A stretch of 62,054 bases of DNA, counting the filler, from Choristocarpus tenellus KU-1152 (taxonomy: Eukaryota > Protista > Phaeophyceae): assembly GCA_964200185.2 (NCBI GenBank). It is 10 parts of 10 records of this genome, joined end to end, with 100 filler letters (N's around TTAATTAATTAA, not from the genome) between each part and the next. Parts side by side here need not be neighbours in the genome. Positions count along the whole stretch, not along the records: positions 43,010 to 53,150 come from CAXNAD020003129.1; positions 53,251 to 62,054 come from CAXNAD020004317.1; 8 more parts are not named here. One strand, given 5' to 3'. Positions 51,579 to 62,054 of this stretch are shown here, one piece after another (within the stretch, counting starts at the first letter, position 1; each line of letters begins with the position of its first letter). Position numbers and translations under genes: made by a program. The notes under the pieces were generated by a model that was given only the letters and a program-made list of their open reading frames with translations, was not told the DNA's origin and searched no databases.

Positions 51579-53250
51579 GTGAGTTTTAACGTTTTTTGTG
51601 CTCTACAAGTTGTGTAGAAGAGTTCCAGTAGGTAAACATGAATGTGATGCATTGTATGTAGCCTTTAAGTCTAGTATCTGCAAACATGGGAGGTGACTAT
51701 TGTGAGAAACCTCCAATGCATTGGTAATTGCAACCAAAACTACAAAATTGTGTAGAGGAAAATGCCTTGAGTTTTCAACATTTTGTCAAGATCATAACAA
51801 TTGATGTGATCATCTTTCATGTGGAAATGGCAAGTGATCCATTTTTGGGCTGCATTGCATTTATTTGTCGCTGCACTGGTGTTTAGAGCATATTGAGATA
51901 AGATCACTGCACTTTCCACGTGAGGCTATAGATGAAAACATGTTACTAGAACAAGCACAGCTGCTGACGAAATAGAAAGGGAAAAAATATAAGAAGAGTA
52001 AAGCCTTGAAAACTTCAACATAGATACATGAATGTGATTGTTCATAGAGTACAGTACTGGTGCCACTAGTGAAGTAGATTAAGTATCACGAGGACTGGCC
52101 ACCTTACTACACATGCTGCTGGAGGGGTTTCCATCATCTATTAGGAGTGTGGTGTGTATCATTGTTTGGGACTCATTCGTCATATGAATTAGGCATGATC
52201 TGTCGGAGCAAGTTTGCTATGTTACTTTTGGTGCAATAGGACAGTGGTAATGCTGTGCATAGCTAGGTTATTTCTTAAGCATTGGTTGAAAAGAGCACAT
52301 GTTGGGTACACTCTGGGTCATACACCAACCTCAGCCTAATCTATAATCTATTTTGTCAAAGTCATTGTAGTGTTTGTGAGTGAGGATGTAAATAGATATG
52401 TTCCAAGTTTTTCATCTTTTTACTCAATACCTTGAAGCGATTTTTATTTTTCCTTCAATCACACTAAAGGAAGCTCAATCTTTTTTTGCAAGCTTTACAA
52501 ACTATACCTTTGCCAGATTGCAACTGTCTTCACTCATACCAGGGGAGGAATTGTGTTTGATGCAGGCGTCCATCACTACCACCGTCTGCCTAACTCAGAC
52601 CCTGTGTACTGTGTATGATTTCTCGAGGTTTTTTCATGTGGGGAATCTGCTTGCATAGATGGATTTTGACATGCTGATGTGACCGCATACTGCTAATTGT
52701 CTTTGAAAGAGACCCCTGTTTTTCCCGGCTTTCCTCTGACAAGTTTTGTTTTGTATAAATTGGTGAAATGATAAAGTGACCACAACGCATTTTGCATCAA
52801 GAGTAGATTCATAAGGTATACCCTCAGGTGCGCTGACCGCAGTAGTGAAGTTGTCAGCCTCTTGTTCGTTAGTAATAAAGAAGAAAATATATTTATATGT
52901 GTATATTTTTGTGGACTCAACACATGTACACTGCTGGTCATAGAGCTCTGGAGATTGATGGTGCAACAATCCCTTCGTGCCATCAACATTGTTCTGTTTA
53001 CAGGGATTTGGCTTTTCAGTCCGAACTCAGTAGACACTCTCCACATGGCCCTATTCCATTAACTGATCCCTACCCAGATAGATACGTTTACACCCCACCA
53101 TGTGAATCCACCCCCCCCATCCATGCTTCAGTATAGTGTGTTTAGTGCTGNNNNNNNNNNNNNNNNNNNNNNNNNNNNNNNNNNNNNNNNNNNNTTAATT
53201 AATTAANNNNNNNNNNNNNNNNNNNNNNNNNNNNNNNNNNNNNNNNNNNN

Positions 53251-53278
53251 CCCCCTCCCCTCCCGGATACTTTGGGTC
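53251..53278. mobile_element. MITE family A right end at a contig start
   Basis: cccctcccggatactttgggtc. Confidence 0.6.
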
Positions 53279-53814
53279 ATCACTTGGGTGCAAGGTACAT
53301 TCTTACAATCAAAGTATATCTAAATCGATAGCCCACGAGCTAAGCTTTATTTCGATATGTTTACCGCCTGATTATAATATGCGTGAGTTCATGAGATGTG
53401 ATCGAGTTCAGAAAGGTGATCACAACGAAGGGTAACACCATTTTTCTGATCGCCCGTGCTAGCGTGGCTCATATAATCTTTTTGGTCTTGGAGCGAAAAA
53501 ACATACGATCTCTCAGATCGATTGTTTTGGTTCACTCCTATGGAGTTAACCGAGAGGACGATAGCAATTGAGTTGTGTTTTGTACAAGACTTCCTCTTTC
53601 GAAAGTCTTTGCGTTACAAGGTTTTTGCGGGCTATCACTACCGACGGAACTACTTTGGAGTTTGTCAATAAGCCTACCCCTAACCTCTATGACCAACCTA
53701 CACCTAGGTCCTCTTCAATAGCCGGTTAATCTAACTCAAGAGTATAGTAAACACTTCTAGGACAGGGCGTTGAACAGAGTGCTAAGGGGGGATATGTACA
53801 TTTTTTGTGCCTAC

Positions 53815-54019
53815 CTGAAGCAAATTTGCATTCGAGACAGCATCATAGAGCTGCAGAATTAGGGGAGAGACCAGACATCGCCATGAAGCTCCTGGAAATT
53901 CTTCGCGTACCTAAGATGTTGAAGTGGGTTATGGGGGTAGACCATGGGGAAAAGGCAAAGTTATTCAATGAACCGGCTGGTAGGAGAGGGTCTATTTAGC
54001 TTTATAAATGTTTTCGTGG

Positions 54020-54057
<38 letters not shown>

Positions 54058-56556
54058 TGGGTGAGGCCTGCTACTGCATTCATGCATTAAACCCTTACCA
54101 CATGAGTGCAGTCTCCGGGATTGAACGGTATGCCCCGAAGGTGTAGGGGATGTTGTGCGGATCAAATTTGTTGTGCTTGGTTGGGTAATTGTACTTGCTC
54201 CCGATGACCCCTTACATACTACCAGTACTTCATTCATTATTTACATCTCAGCATGGTAACCCATTAGGGTAGACTATGGTTCTCCGCTGTTGGTGTATTA
54301 CTACATCAGATTGGTTGACTGTTCTGCAGTTCAACATTATCATTATCCCAGACATGAAGCAAACACAGGTTTCCAGAGAGTGACAAATAGTACTACATCA
54401 CTAACCCAATCCTTGATATTCACTGCGCAACTTCTTGTCTTTGACCTTCCTGTGTTGAATCTACATCTATTCTTCGTTCTTTCTTATTAATTAACCTGGC
54501 TCTCTCATGATACCTCCCCCCTCCCCCCACTTGCCTGGAGCATGCATGACAGGGAGGAGACACCCTTCAGGCACGTCGAAGGATCTGAAGATTTGATTGC
54601 CTCAGCTAGGGCATCAAAGCATTCAAGTCCCTGAGTCACATCTCTCAGATTTTGGACCTTTTGTTCAGGTAAACTTTCCCCTCCCCTCCAGATCCTACCT
54701 TTTGTGCTGGTTAAGTATTCAGTTACCATTGCCTCTAGAGGATCTCTTGAGACAACCTGAAGATTTTGTGAATGGAGGATGGAAGAGATGACAATAGAAC
54801 AGAGACTGGTCATACAGGGCGGATTTTGAATTGTGACGTTTAGAGGTAGGTATGTCAGGAATAGGTAAGCACAATTGTCATGGCTAAATTGGGATATAGT
54901 TAGATGTAATAATATAGACCTGAGTTCAAATAATGGGGAAGTGAGTGAAGTTTGATCGTACAGATAGTAGGTAGGTGGTAGAAACGCAAGTCAACCAAGA
55001 GGAACTGGTCATTGTGTCTCCTAGGTAGCACAAAGAACCACTTTACAGTGTACGGGTCATAAAGTGGCGACAATAAGACGACACAATTCCTAGATCTGTG
55101 ATTTGGATGCATGGTAGTACAGTGCAGATCCCCCCTCCTATTTCAATGGCTGTTTCATTTTATGAATTGGATTACATACAAATGACTCTATGGACAAGGC
55201 CTAGGACAAGTTTGTAGCATAAACAGGTGCCATGAAACTGCATTCTCCAAGTTATATGGGATGTAAGATGAGGTCAAGAAGCTAAACGTAGCTGACCTGC
55301 ATCTCTTCTGACACCAAGTAGCATGTCCGGCCAGATTTGTCTCCCTAACTCTATTTTGAATAGGGACCTGGCACTCTAGCTTAGAAGTGATGTGCACCAT
55401 CTATTAGATGAAGCTACAGTATGTAATAGAAATATAGGTCAGAACACTGTGTTCTTATCTGTAATTACCTCATTGTTAGGGCACAGCTGAACAAAGAAGG
55501 ATGTAATGTCACGATGAAGTGATTGGCGATAGAGAGCTCTGTTGCGGCAAGTGATATCTTCTCCTGGTAGCAATGTAGAACCCAAAGTACGTCCATCACC
55601 CTCTTCCAAGATCCAGGAGACAACGGCAGATTCAAATACTCCAAAGGTGATCTGTGAATATTGCGTAGTTTACGAAGTAGAAGTGCTCGTGACCTGTGGT
55701 GTTGACTCGACTCTTCCTACAGTTTCAACTAATATCAGCCATCGTTTCACACATTAGGATTCTTCACGAAATTAGTCGAAGCGATCCAAAGGTGATAAAA
55801 GATCCATAGTTTACTGTTCGTGGGGGGAGGAAGTGGAGCATTACCCTGTAAAATGCTCTGCTATGACAGGTAAACCTGATCTGATGCACCTTCTCGGCTG
55901 TGTGTTTTCCCCATCAAATGTTGAAACCTTGGTTGTTGTTGTGGTACAAGGCTGCCTGTAAGTAAGTCGAGATGTCTCACCTTTTCGTCGGCTGCAGAAG
56001 CGATGCTATTCATCAAGTTCCGAACTCCCTTTTCGACCCAATCGCCATCCCTCCCAGCCCCCCTTTGCAGGAGAAGCGATAATACATTGCTTGCCTGTAG
56101 TTGTGAATAGAGTGCAAGAATGCTAGTAGTGAATAGGCGAAATCCCTTAAGGGCAAAGATAACTGCCTGGTAAGACTGACAAGCAAACCACGTCAGCACA
56201 AAGAGGTAAAACTATATGTAAAACTATCTGTGAAACTATATGCAAAACTGTTTTCTGTCTCTCTTTTGTCCCGCGACCAACAAGTCCAACATAATGAGAC
56301 TAGAACTAAGCACATCGTCATCGGGTTGGCGAATATGGATCAAGATTCGGTGCTCGCTCACATCTATCGCCCCATCTCCATCTGAATCCATTGCTGCGAA
56401 TATCCGCCTGATTTCCAACAAGTACTCTATGGGAAGTCCTGATCTATGATCCTCACTGTTCTCCCTCTGAGATTTTTTCGGTGGCAGACAGTCGGTGTGG
56501 ACTTCACACCACCCCAGAGGAACAACCCTTTGCATGAATCCCCTCGAATAGACCAT
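53815..56556 (-). CDS. EF-hand protein with a helical, possibly ARM/importin-alpha-like continuation; 3' partial
   Basis: Phase-0 exons 56556-56362, 56094-55981, 55651-55469, 54756-54535 (or 54514) and 53910-53815. EF loop EIRRIFAAMDSDGDGAID; degenerate second hand NLMNSIASAADEKITFGVF; then LAEAIKSSDPSTCLKGVSSLSCML. Confidence 0.75.
54021..54054. repeat. (CT)n microsatellite
   Basis: Uninterrupted ctctct run. Confidence 0.9.
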
Positions 56557-57080
56557 CGAGGAGTCTAACAGATGCTACAGATATGTTGGTACAGGATAAA
56601 TTTTAGGTAGTAGAGTTCTAGTTAGTGTCAGAGAGGACACAAAGGAATGCTTCTTTTATTTGACCCTAGTAGTCTACCCAACACAGTTGTAGTAGACCCT
56701 CATTTTTGGTTTCCTATTACAAAATACCCAATTCAAGTTTTTTTTAACTGTGAAAGGACACAAAGCAACGGTTTCATATACGGTGTGTACGTCTTTCAAG
56801 TTGAGTACGTATTATCTTCTGGAAGGAATTGGTGCTGTAGGCTTTGGCCAATCAACATGCCTGAAATAGTTTAGTATGTACGTTGTACAAACGTTTTCAA
56901 CTGGAGCACGTATTCAGAAGAAAATAAGTCCTGTGGTTCTCCCCCAATCAGCATGCGTGAAACAGGAGAGTGTGCCACAAATTTCAAAACAGCACACACC
57001 ACAAAACTTTCTTCAGCCTTCTAATTACAGCGGAATGATGCCCTTGCCTCACTTCAGACCAAGCACCCCAAAAGGCAACC

Positions 57081-59283
57081 ATGCGTGGGATAAGAGCAAT
57101 GCACATTCTTCCCCTTTTGACAATGTTGCCGAATGGCACATCTTTCATAGACCCTTGGTCGCGTTCTCCTCTTGTGACTGTGAGGACGGTCAGCAATTCG
57201 AGGACAAAGGGAAACACAGAGAGACAATTCCGCAGTCGCGGTTGTGGCCCATGCCTAACCAATGTGGCCAGCCAAGAAATATTGGGGGGATGGGGAGGAA
57301 ACACGGCTTACCAAGGCACGAGCGGTGTCTGGGATGGCCACTTAGATCTAGCTCTTACCTTCGCAAGACAAAATCGTCTGGATAAGGTAAGAGTACTGTG
57401 CCAGAATGTCATCCGTATGTCGGACGACTGGGAAAGCATGGAGCAAGCTTTCCTTCGTTTGGCCCTGTCAGAGCAGAAGGATAAAAAGCGACTCGCTGCG
57501 AGGAAGACATTTCAGCGAGGTACGACAGCTTGCCCAAGTTCAGATACGCTATTTATGGCTTGGGGTCTATTCGAGAGCAAGATGCAAGACGAGCGAGCTC
57601 TGAGGATCGCTAGGGCGCTTCTTCGTCGAGCTGTTGCTCTTAACCCCGCGAGGCATTCGAATGTCCTCAAATGGCGCATGTTTTCGGGTGGTTGTGCAGG
57701 GGGCAATTCTGCTCGATCCTCCACCGTGCCAGACCTGGTTGATGTATGTCAACCTGAGGAGGGATGTGTGTCGAGGGCCGGCGTAGGGACCAGCACGATG
57801 TTCCACACGGATCAACGTGTCGACATTGGCACTCAAATTCTGAACTCTGCGAAAGCAATGCTGATGAAGAGCAACGGACAGCGTAATCCGTTGGAGGACA
57901 CAGAGAGTTTACTGAGTGCGGCCTACAAGCTTGAACTACTCAGTGACAAAACAAACACCGCTTGGGGTCAGAACCTGGGAGGGGTTTGGAGATTGGTCTT
58001 CACAAATAGCCCTGCCTGCGAGTGGGCGCTCCTAGCAGGTGATTATCGCGGTGTAGGAGCCCTATTGTACGCCATCAGGCCTGTGACTCTGACAACCATT
58101 GTGCGTACTAATCCTCTCGAGCAGTTGACAACAAGTTTCATGTGCACTCGAGCTCTATGCCTTAAACCCAGTTGAAATGAGTCGTAGAAATTTCGTAAGA
58201 AAGCTTAGCTTATGATCTAATCTATTCAAATTTGAACCTTTGCTGTTTGTGCTAGTGTGTTTGACTGTGAAAAGAGTACTGTGCAACTTAAGCTATAGAC
58301 CAGCAATAGTAGTATGTCCCCGGATTTCTAATTTGTGGATGAAGTATAATGAGAGTATTTATATAATCGATTTTTTCCCCACAAGTGTTGTAGGAGTATG
58401 CAAGCCCAATGTTACTTAGAACAACCTGGATGTAGAGCTCTGTTTTCAATACATCATACATGAGGAACACCTATCCTTGCACTTGAGTGTGAACTGCAGG
58501 CGTGCAGGGCAAAGATAAGGTTGAAGTCTGGTAGGATCTTGATGCACTCAACATAGGAGTTGCTACCATTGCTGCCCCAAAATAGCAACTGATCTTTTGA
58601 GTGCTTCAATTGATTTGGCTTCCATTATTCACGGAGAATTCGAGAACAAGAGACATTCTGATGCTGTTAGAATTGTACACACTTGCTACAAACCCAGTTC
58701 ACTTCATTCCTAAAACAGAATATCATGTCATTCCCCAGAAACTCAGATCTGTCCACCTTGGCTCACCCCTCTCTTCCTCCTATTGTGAGCAGGTGCTGGG
58801 TCAGATAGGCAACGCTACGACTTCTTTCAACGCTTGGTTGAACCTATTAAAGAGTTGGCACCTCAGATGAATGAGCCCTCTGTGCCCTACCGTTGTGAAG
58901 TCCTACTGGTGCCAGAAGACCTTGATGAGGCTAATTCAAATCCAGAATCGTGGGCTTGGGGTCTCAAGGGTTCAGCACAAATACGAGGCCAGTGCCTTCG
59001 ACAGCAAGTGGCCCCAATCAGACGGAAGGATATGAAGGAGCGGCCTTTCTCAAGTGTTCTACCAGCTTGCTCCCCCAAGACATCATCAACTAATGTTCAA
59101 CACCTACAGTCACCTCCTTTGCCTCTTCTCCTCTCGGGGATGGGTGATGTGGCCATACAACAGGGCTGCCTAGAAAGTATTGTGCATCAAGAAATTACTT
59201 ACATTGGTGATAACATCAGATTGGGGAGATCACAAGAGGGATCATTGTTTGTGTATGAAAGGTGCCAATGGCCGGAGATATGA
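57081..59283 (+). CDS. Predicted plastid-targeted protein fusing HAT (half-a-TPR) repeats to a PAP/fibrillin domain, 2 exons, ~482 aa
   Basis: Exons 57081-58038 and 58793-59283 (phase 1). Signal peptide with GTS-F. HAT: AFLRLALSEQK..AARKTFQRG...LFMAWGLFESK..ARALLRRAVALNP. Fibrillin N-motif LELL...LGGVWRLVFTN and C-motif ITYIGDNIRLGRSQEGSLFVYER. Confidence 0.8.
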
Positions 59284-61999
59284 AGAATTTTGTAATAGAG
59301 AGTGTTTGAGTGTGTGTGTTTAGAGAAGGGTAGGGGTGGAGTGTCCTCTAAGGCTGACCTACACATGCTGCTGCAGGCAGGCTTCAGTCCTCTTGTGCAT
59401 GCTCTCAGTTTTGTGCACATGATACGCCTGGAGATCAACATAATAGTCCTATGTAAGTGTAGACAAATGATGTGTAAATGAGTGATATTACGCAGGACAC
59501 TGTTAGGTCAATGTGAATAGTTGTAGTGTTACCCTAAGCTTCAGGACTTGATTCTGAGCGTTTGGGATAGGTTAGGGTTGGAGGACCAAGGGGGTTGGAA
59601 GTGGAGTTACCACAAGGGGTGCATAGTTACTCTTAGTGTCAGTGGCGCTGCTGAAGATCAACAGTGTGCGTTTTTGCTCGTGATTGTCTTTCGAGCATGG
59701 AGCATTACTTTTTTCCGAATTACTTTATGGTGAGAGCTCAGAAGTTGTTGAGGACTGGAGCTGCCAGAATGGTTGTACTTTTATACATATTGCAGGGGAT
59801 GCGCTGCAAATAGATGCAAAATGCAAAAATAGTCTTGTACAGAGTAGTTCGTAAGAAATCGTTGTGGTGAAAGAGTTTGGCATTTTGGTGATAATGGTTT
59901 GAAGTGATGGAGGAGTCAGGGGGCGGGAAGGAAATAAGACTGTGCACTTCAACCCTTGTGCAGGGGGCCTTCAAGATCGAGTATGCATGTATTGTGAATA
60001 GTGGATATAGCTTTTCGTGTTGGAAGGATGAAGTGCTGGCAGATAGGATATTAATACTTCCGTTTTTCAAAGAATTAAAAAGAGTTTGTGTCACGAACAC
60101 CAAACCTACCAGGGAGTAACATTATTTATCATGGTACGCCGCCCAAGATTGACTGTTTTCATTCTTACAAAACACGGGTGCATGGCACTTTTGCTTTCTG
60201 GGGATTTTATGTTGATCAAAGCTACGGCATGGGGAGGCTTTTGTATTGTCTTTCATGTTAAAGTAAGATTCACCAGTCTCTCTCAACAGAAATTGGGTAG
60301 GAAGAGTCTTTTTATTTTTGTCACGACTGAGTGTTGAACTTTTAAGCAGTGTTGCGAACAATGAGCCAAAGTAAACGAGAGGTAACTAGGTTTTGGGCGT
60401 TTTGCGTTATAATCCAGTTTTTACAATCTCTTGCAACTCACTCATATTTCTATGGATGAAGTTCTAGGTTTGACTTACAGCGTCTATTGCTATATTGTTC
60501 GAAAGTTTTCGACACCATGAAGAAAATATATATACCAACATACATTTGTAAAAAAAGTCGATATTTGCACATTAATGTCAAGCATCCTTAAAATGCAACT
60601 CTAGATACCTCTATTTTACTTTGACTCAATGAACCCCAGGCGACACTTGTAAGGTAGCAGCAACAGGATCAACTGAGTGGAGTGTTAAGGTTGACTCACC
60701 CTCTTTGATTTTCTTCATTGCGTACCTCGTCTTCATTAAAAGCCGCAGCGATCATGTATGCAGGGTGTTTCCATATCCTTCACACTTCCATGGCATTTCG
60801 AAGACATCTTTGCAGTGATATGTGTGGGCAAGGTGCACACATTTTGCATGCACATTATTGTTGAAGCTGTGCCTGAGGCGACAGGGTCACATACAGTACT
60901 ACCCTTTTACAACCTCAGGTTCTTTCCACGTATGTATGAAGCCCCAGTGAAACTACTCCACAGTTTGCTACATCATGCAGTTCAGTGCTCTCGCCCACCA
61001 CTGTGTCCTTCAACAACCTACCTAGCTTCGGCACTTCCATCACATCAATCTTTGACGACAGCTCCCAAGCAACCGTGGAGACCTCTCAAAAAAGCTCGAA
61101 CATACGACCACGAAAAATGTTGCTCTACGTACGTTTTAAAACCAGGTAAGTACTTTTTTGGAGCAGGTCCGTAGTTCCTTCTTCACGCACAATTTTAGAG
61201 GGAACCAACATCTAATTCTTCCCATGAAATTGTTACACAGTAATCATTTAGCGTATCACGACATGTTTTTTATGTCAGGAAATCCACTCCATGTTCCGTC
61301 CACGCCACTGTTTCAGATAACGACAAGAAGGACGATGGGATGATTAATTCATGTTTTGCAATATCACTAGGGAACTCTCCAAATCAGCTCACTTCTCTAA
61401 TCGCAAGTTTGATCCAAGTTAAATGATACCAACGCAGTACAACTGACCCATAGGTTAAAACAAACGAACATTTCGAAGTGATCATCCTAATAATAGTATT
61501 GTTGGTAGGGACAAGGTCCCTCTTTGGATCTCCTTGACATTGATGATCTGACAGACTCCGCAAACTCATATATGCTGCATGTATGTGTTGCACTCACAGA
61601 CGTTTCACGTTTTGGTCTCATACAAGGTGATGAGGTGTGGATCAGACACGCGAAAGGTTCACGGTGATTTGTGCATGTTCCGCATGGTCAACCATCAAAT
61701 CGCGAGGATTATGTACTGGTCGCATTCAATCACAGGTAGCTGGGGATTGAGCATCCGTTGGTGGTTCTCATCACCCCACATCACACATGGTTGACAATCC
61801 TCTCACTTTAGTAATTTTATGTCAACAATGATGTACTGCGTATTTCAGCCCTCACTGTTGGAATGGCTCCCAAAGCCTATCTTATGAACGCAATGATGTA
61901 GAGTAGATGAGACCTATGATAACCAACCCCCAAGGACTACTTCGCTTGAGCTATTTCCTTAGCTAAGCGACTATGTAGTACTCTTGAGTACCTCGATTT

Positions 62000-62054
62000 G
62001 GCTCAAAGTATCTGGGAGGGGGTGGCGGCTGTCCATTTGGGGTCAATTTTTTCA
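62000..62054. mobile_element. MITE family A left end, cut by the window end
   Basis: ggctcaaagtatctggg, a G-rich spacer, then ggcggctgtccatttggggtcaattttttca: near-identical to 13784-13842. Confidence 0.85.

Noticed and set aside
51579-53150. Calling Rid paralogue 2 a pseudogene
   Set aside because: Its four visible exons are intact with conserved splice sites; the last exon may lie beyond the contig end.
9257-53250. Regularly recurring TTAATTAATTAA palindrome as a biological repeat or CRISPR-like array
   Set aside because: It always sits in the centre of 100-bp N blocks and is a six-frame-stop assembly linker. No CRISPR array was seen, and gene clusters across linkers cannot be inferred.
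60690-60900. PHD-finger-like fragment (VHAKC...WKC) on the minus strand
   Set aside because: The Cys pattern is incomplete, needs a frameshift and is followed by stops.

Overview
Eukaryotic draft-genome sequence with spliceosomal GT-AG introns. It is most likely a photosynthetic stramenopile close to brown algae (inference from ASAFAP-type plastid presequences, a Zn2Cys6 transcription factor and an RTE-like LINE). The window is not contiguous: ten contigs are joined by nine artificial 100-bp N-TTAATTAATTAA-N linkers, so neighbourhoods across linkers mean nothing. I reconstructed these spliced genes by hand: a GPATCH4-like G-patch protein, a LYR-motif protein, a plastid-targeted N-terminus, a Zn(II)2Cys6 factor, a divergent VDAC, a UBA-UBX-LRR protein, two head-to-head Rid1-type (YjgF/RidA superfamily) paralogues, an EF-hand protein and a plastid-targeted HAT/PAP-fibrillin fusion. 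Repeats include two degraded Ty3/gypsy pol regions, three Ty1/copia-type remnants (two with half-tRNA-Met primer sites), an RTE LINE fragment, a tRNA-derived SINE-like element and two MITE families with 4-bp target duplications. The most interesting items are the bidirectional pair of intron-containing, bacterial-type Rid1 genes, the HAT-fibrillin and UBA-UBX-BC-box-LRR fusions, the Sola-like MITEs and a CpG-island-like pattern suggesting gene-body methylation. All family calls come from motif recognition; no database search was run.
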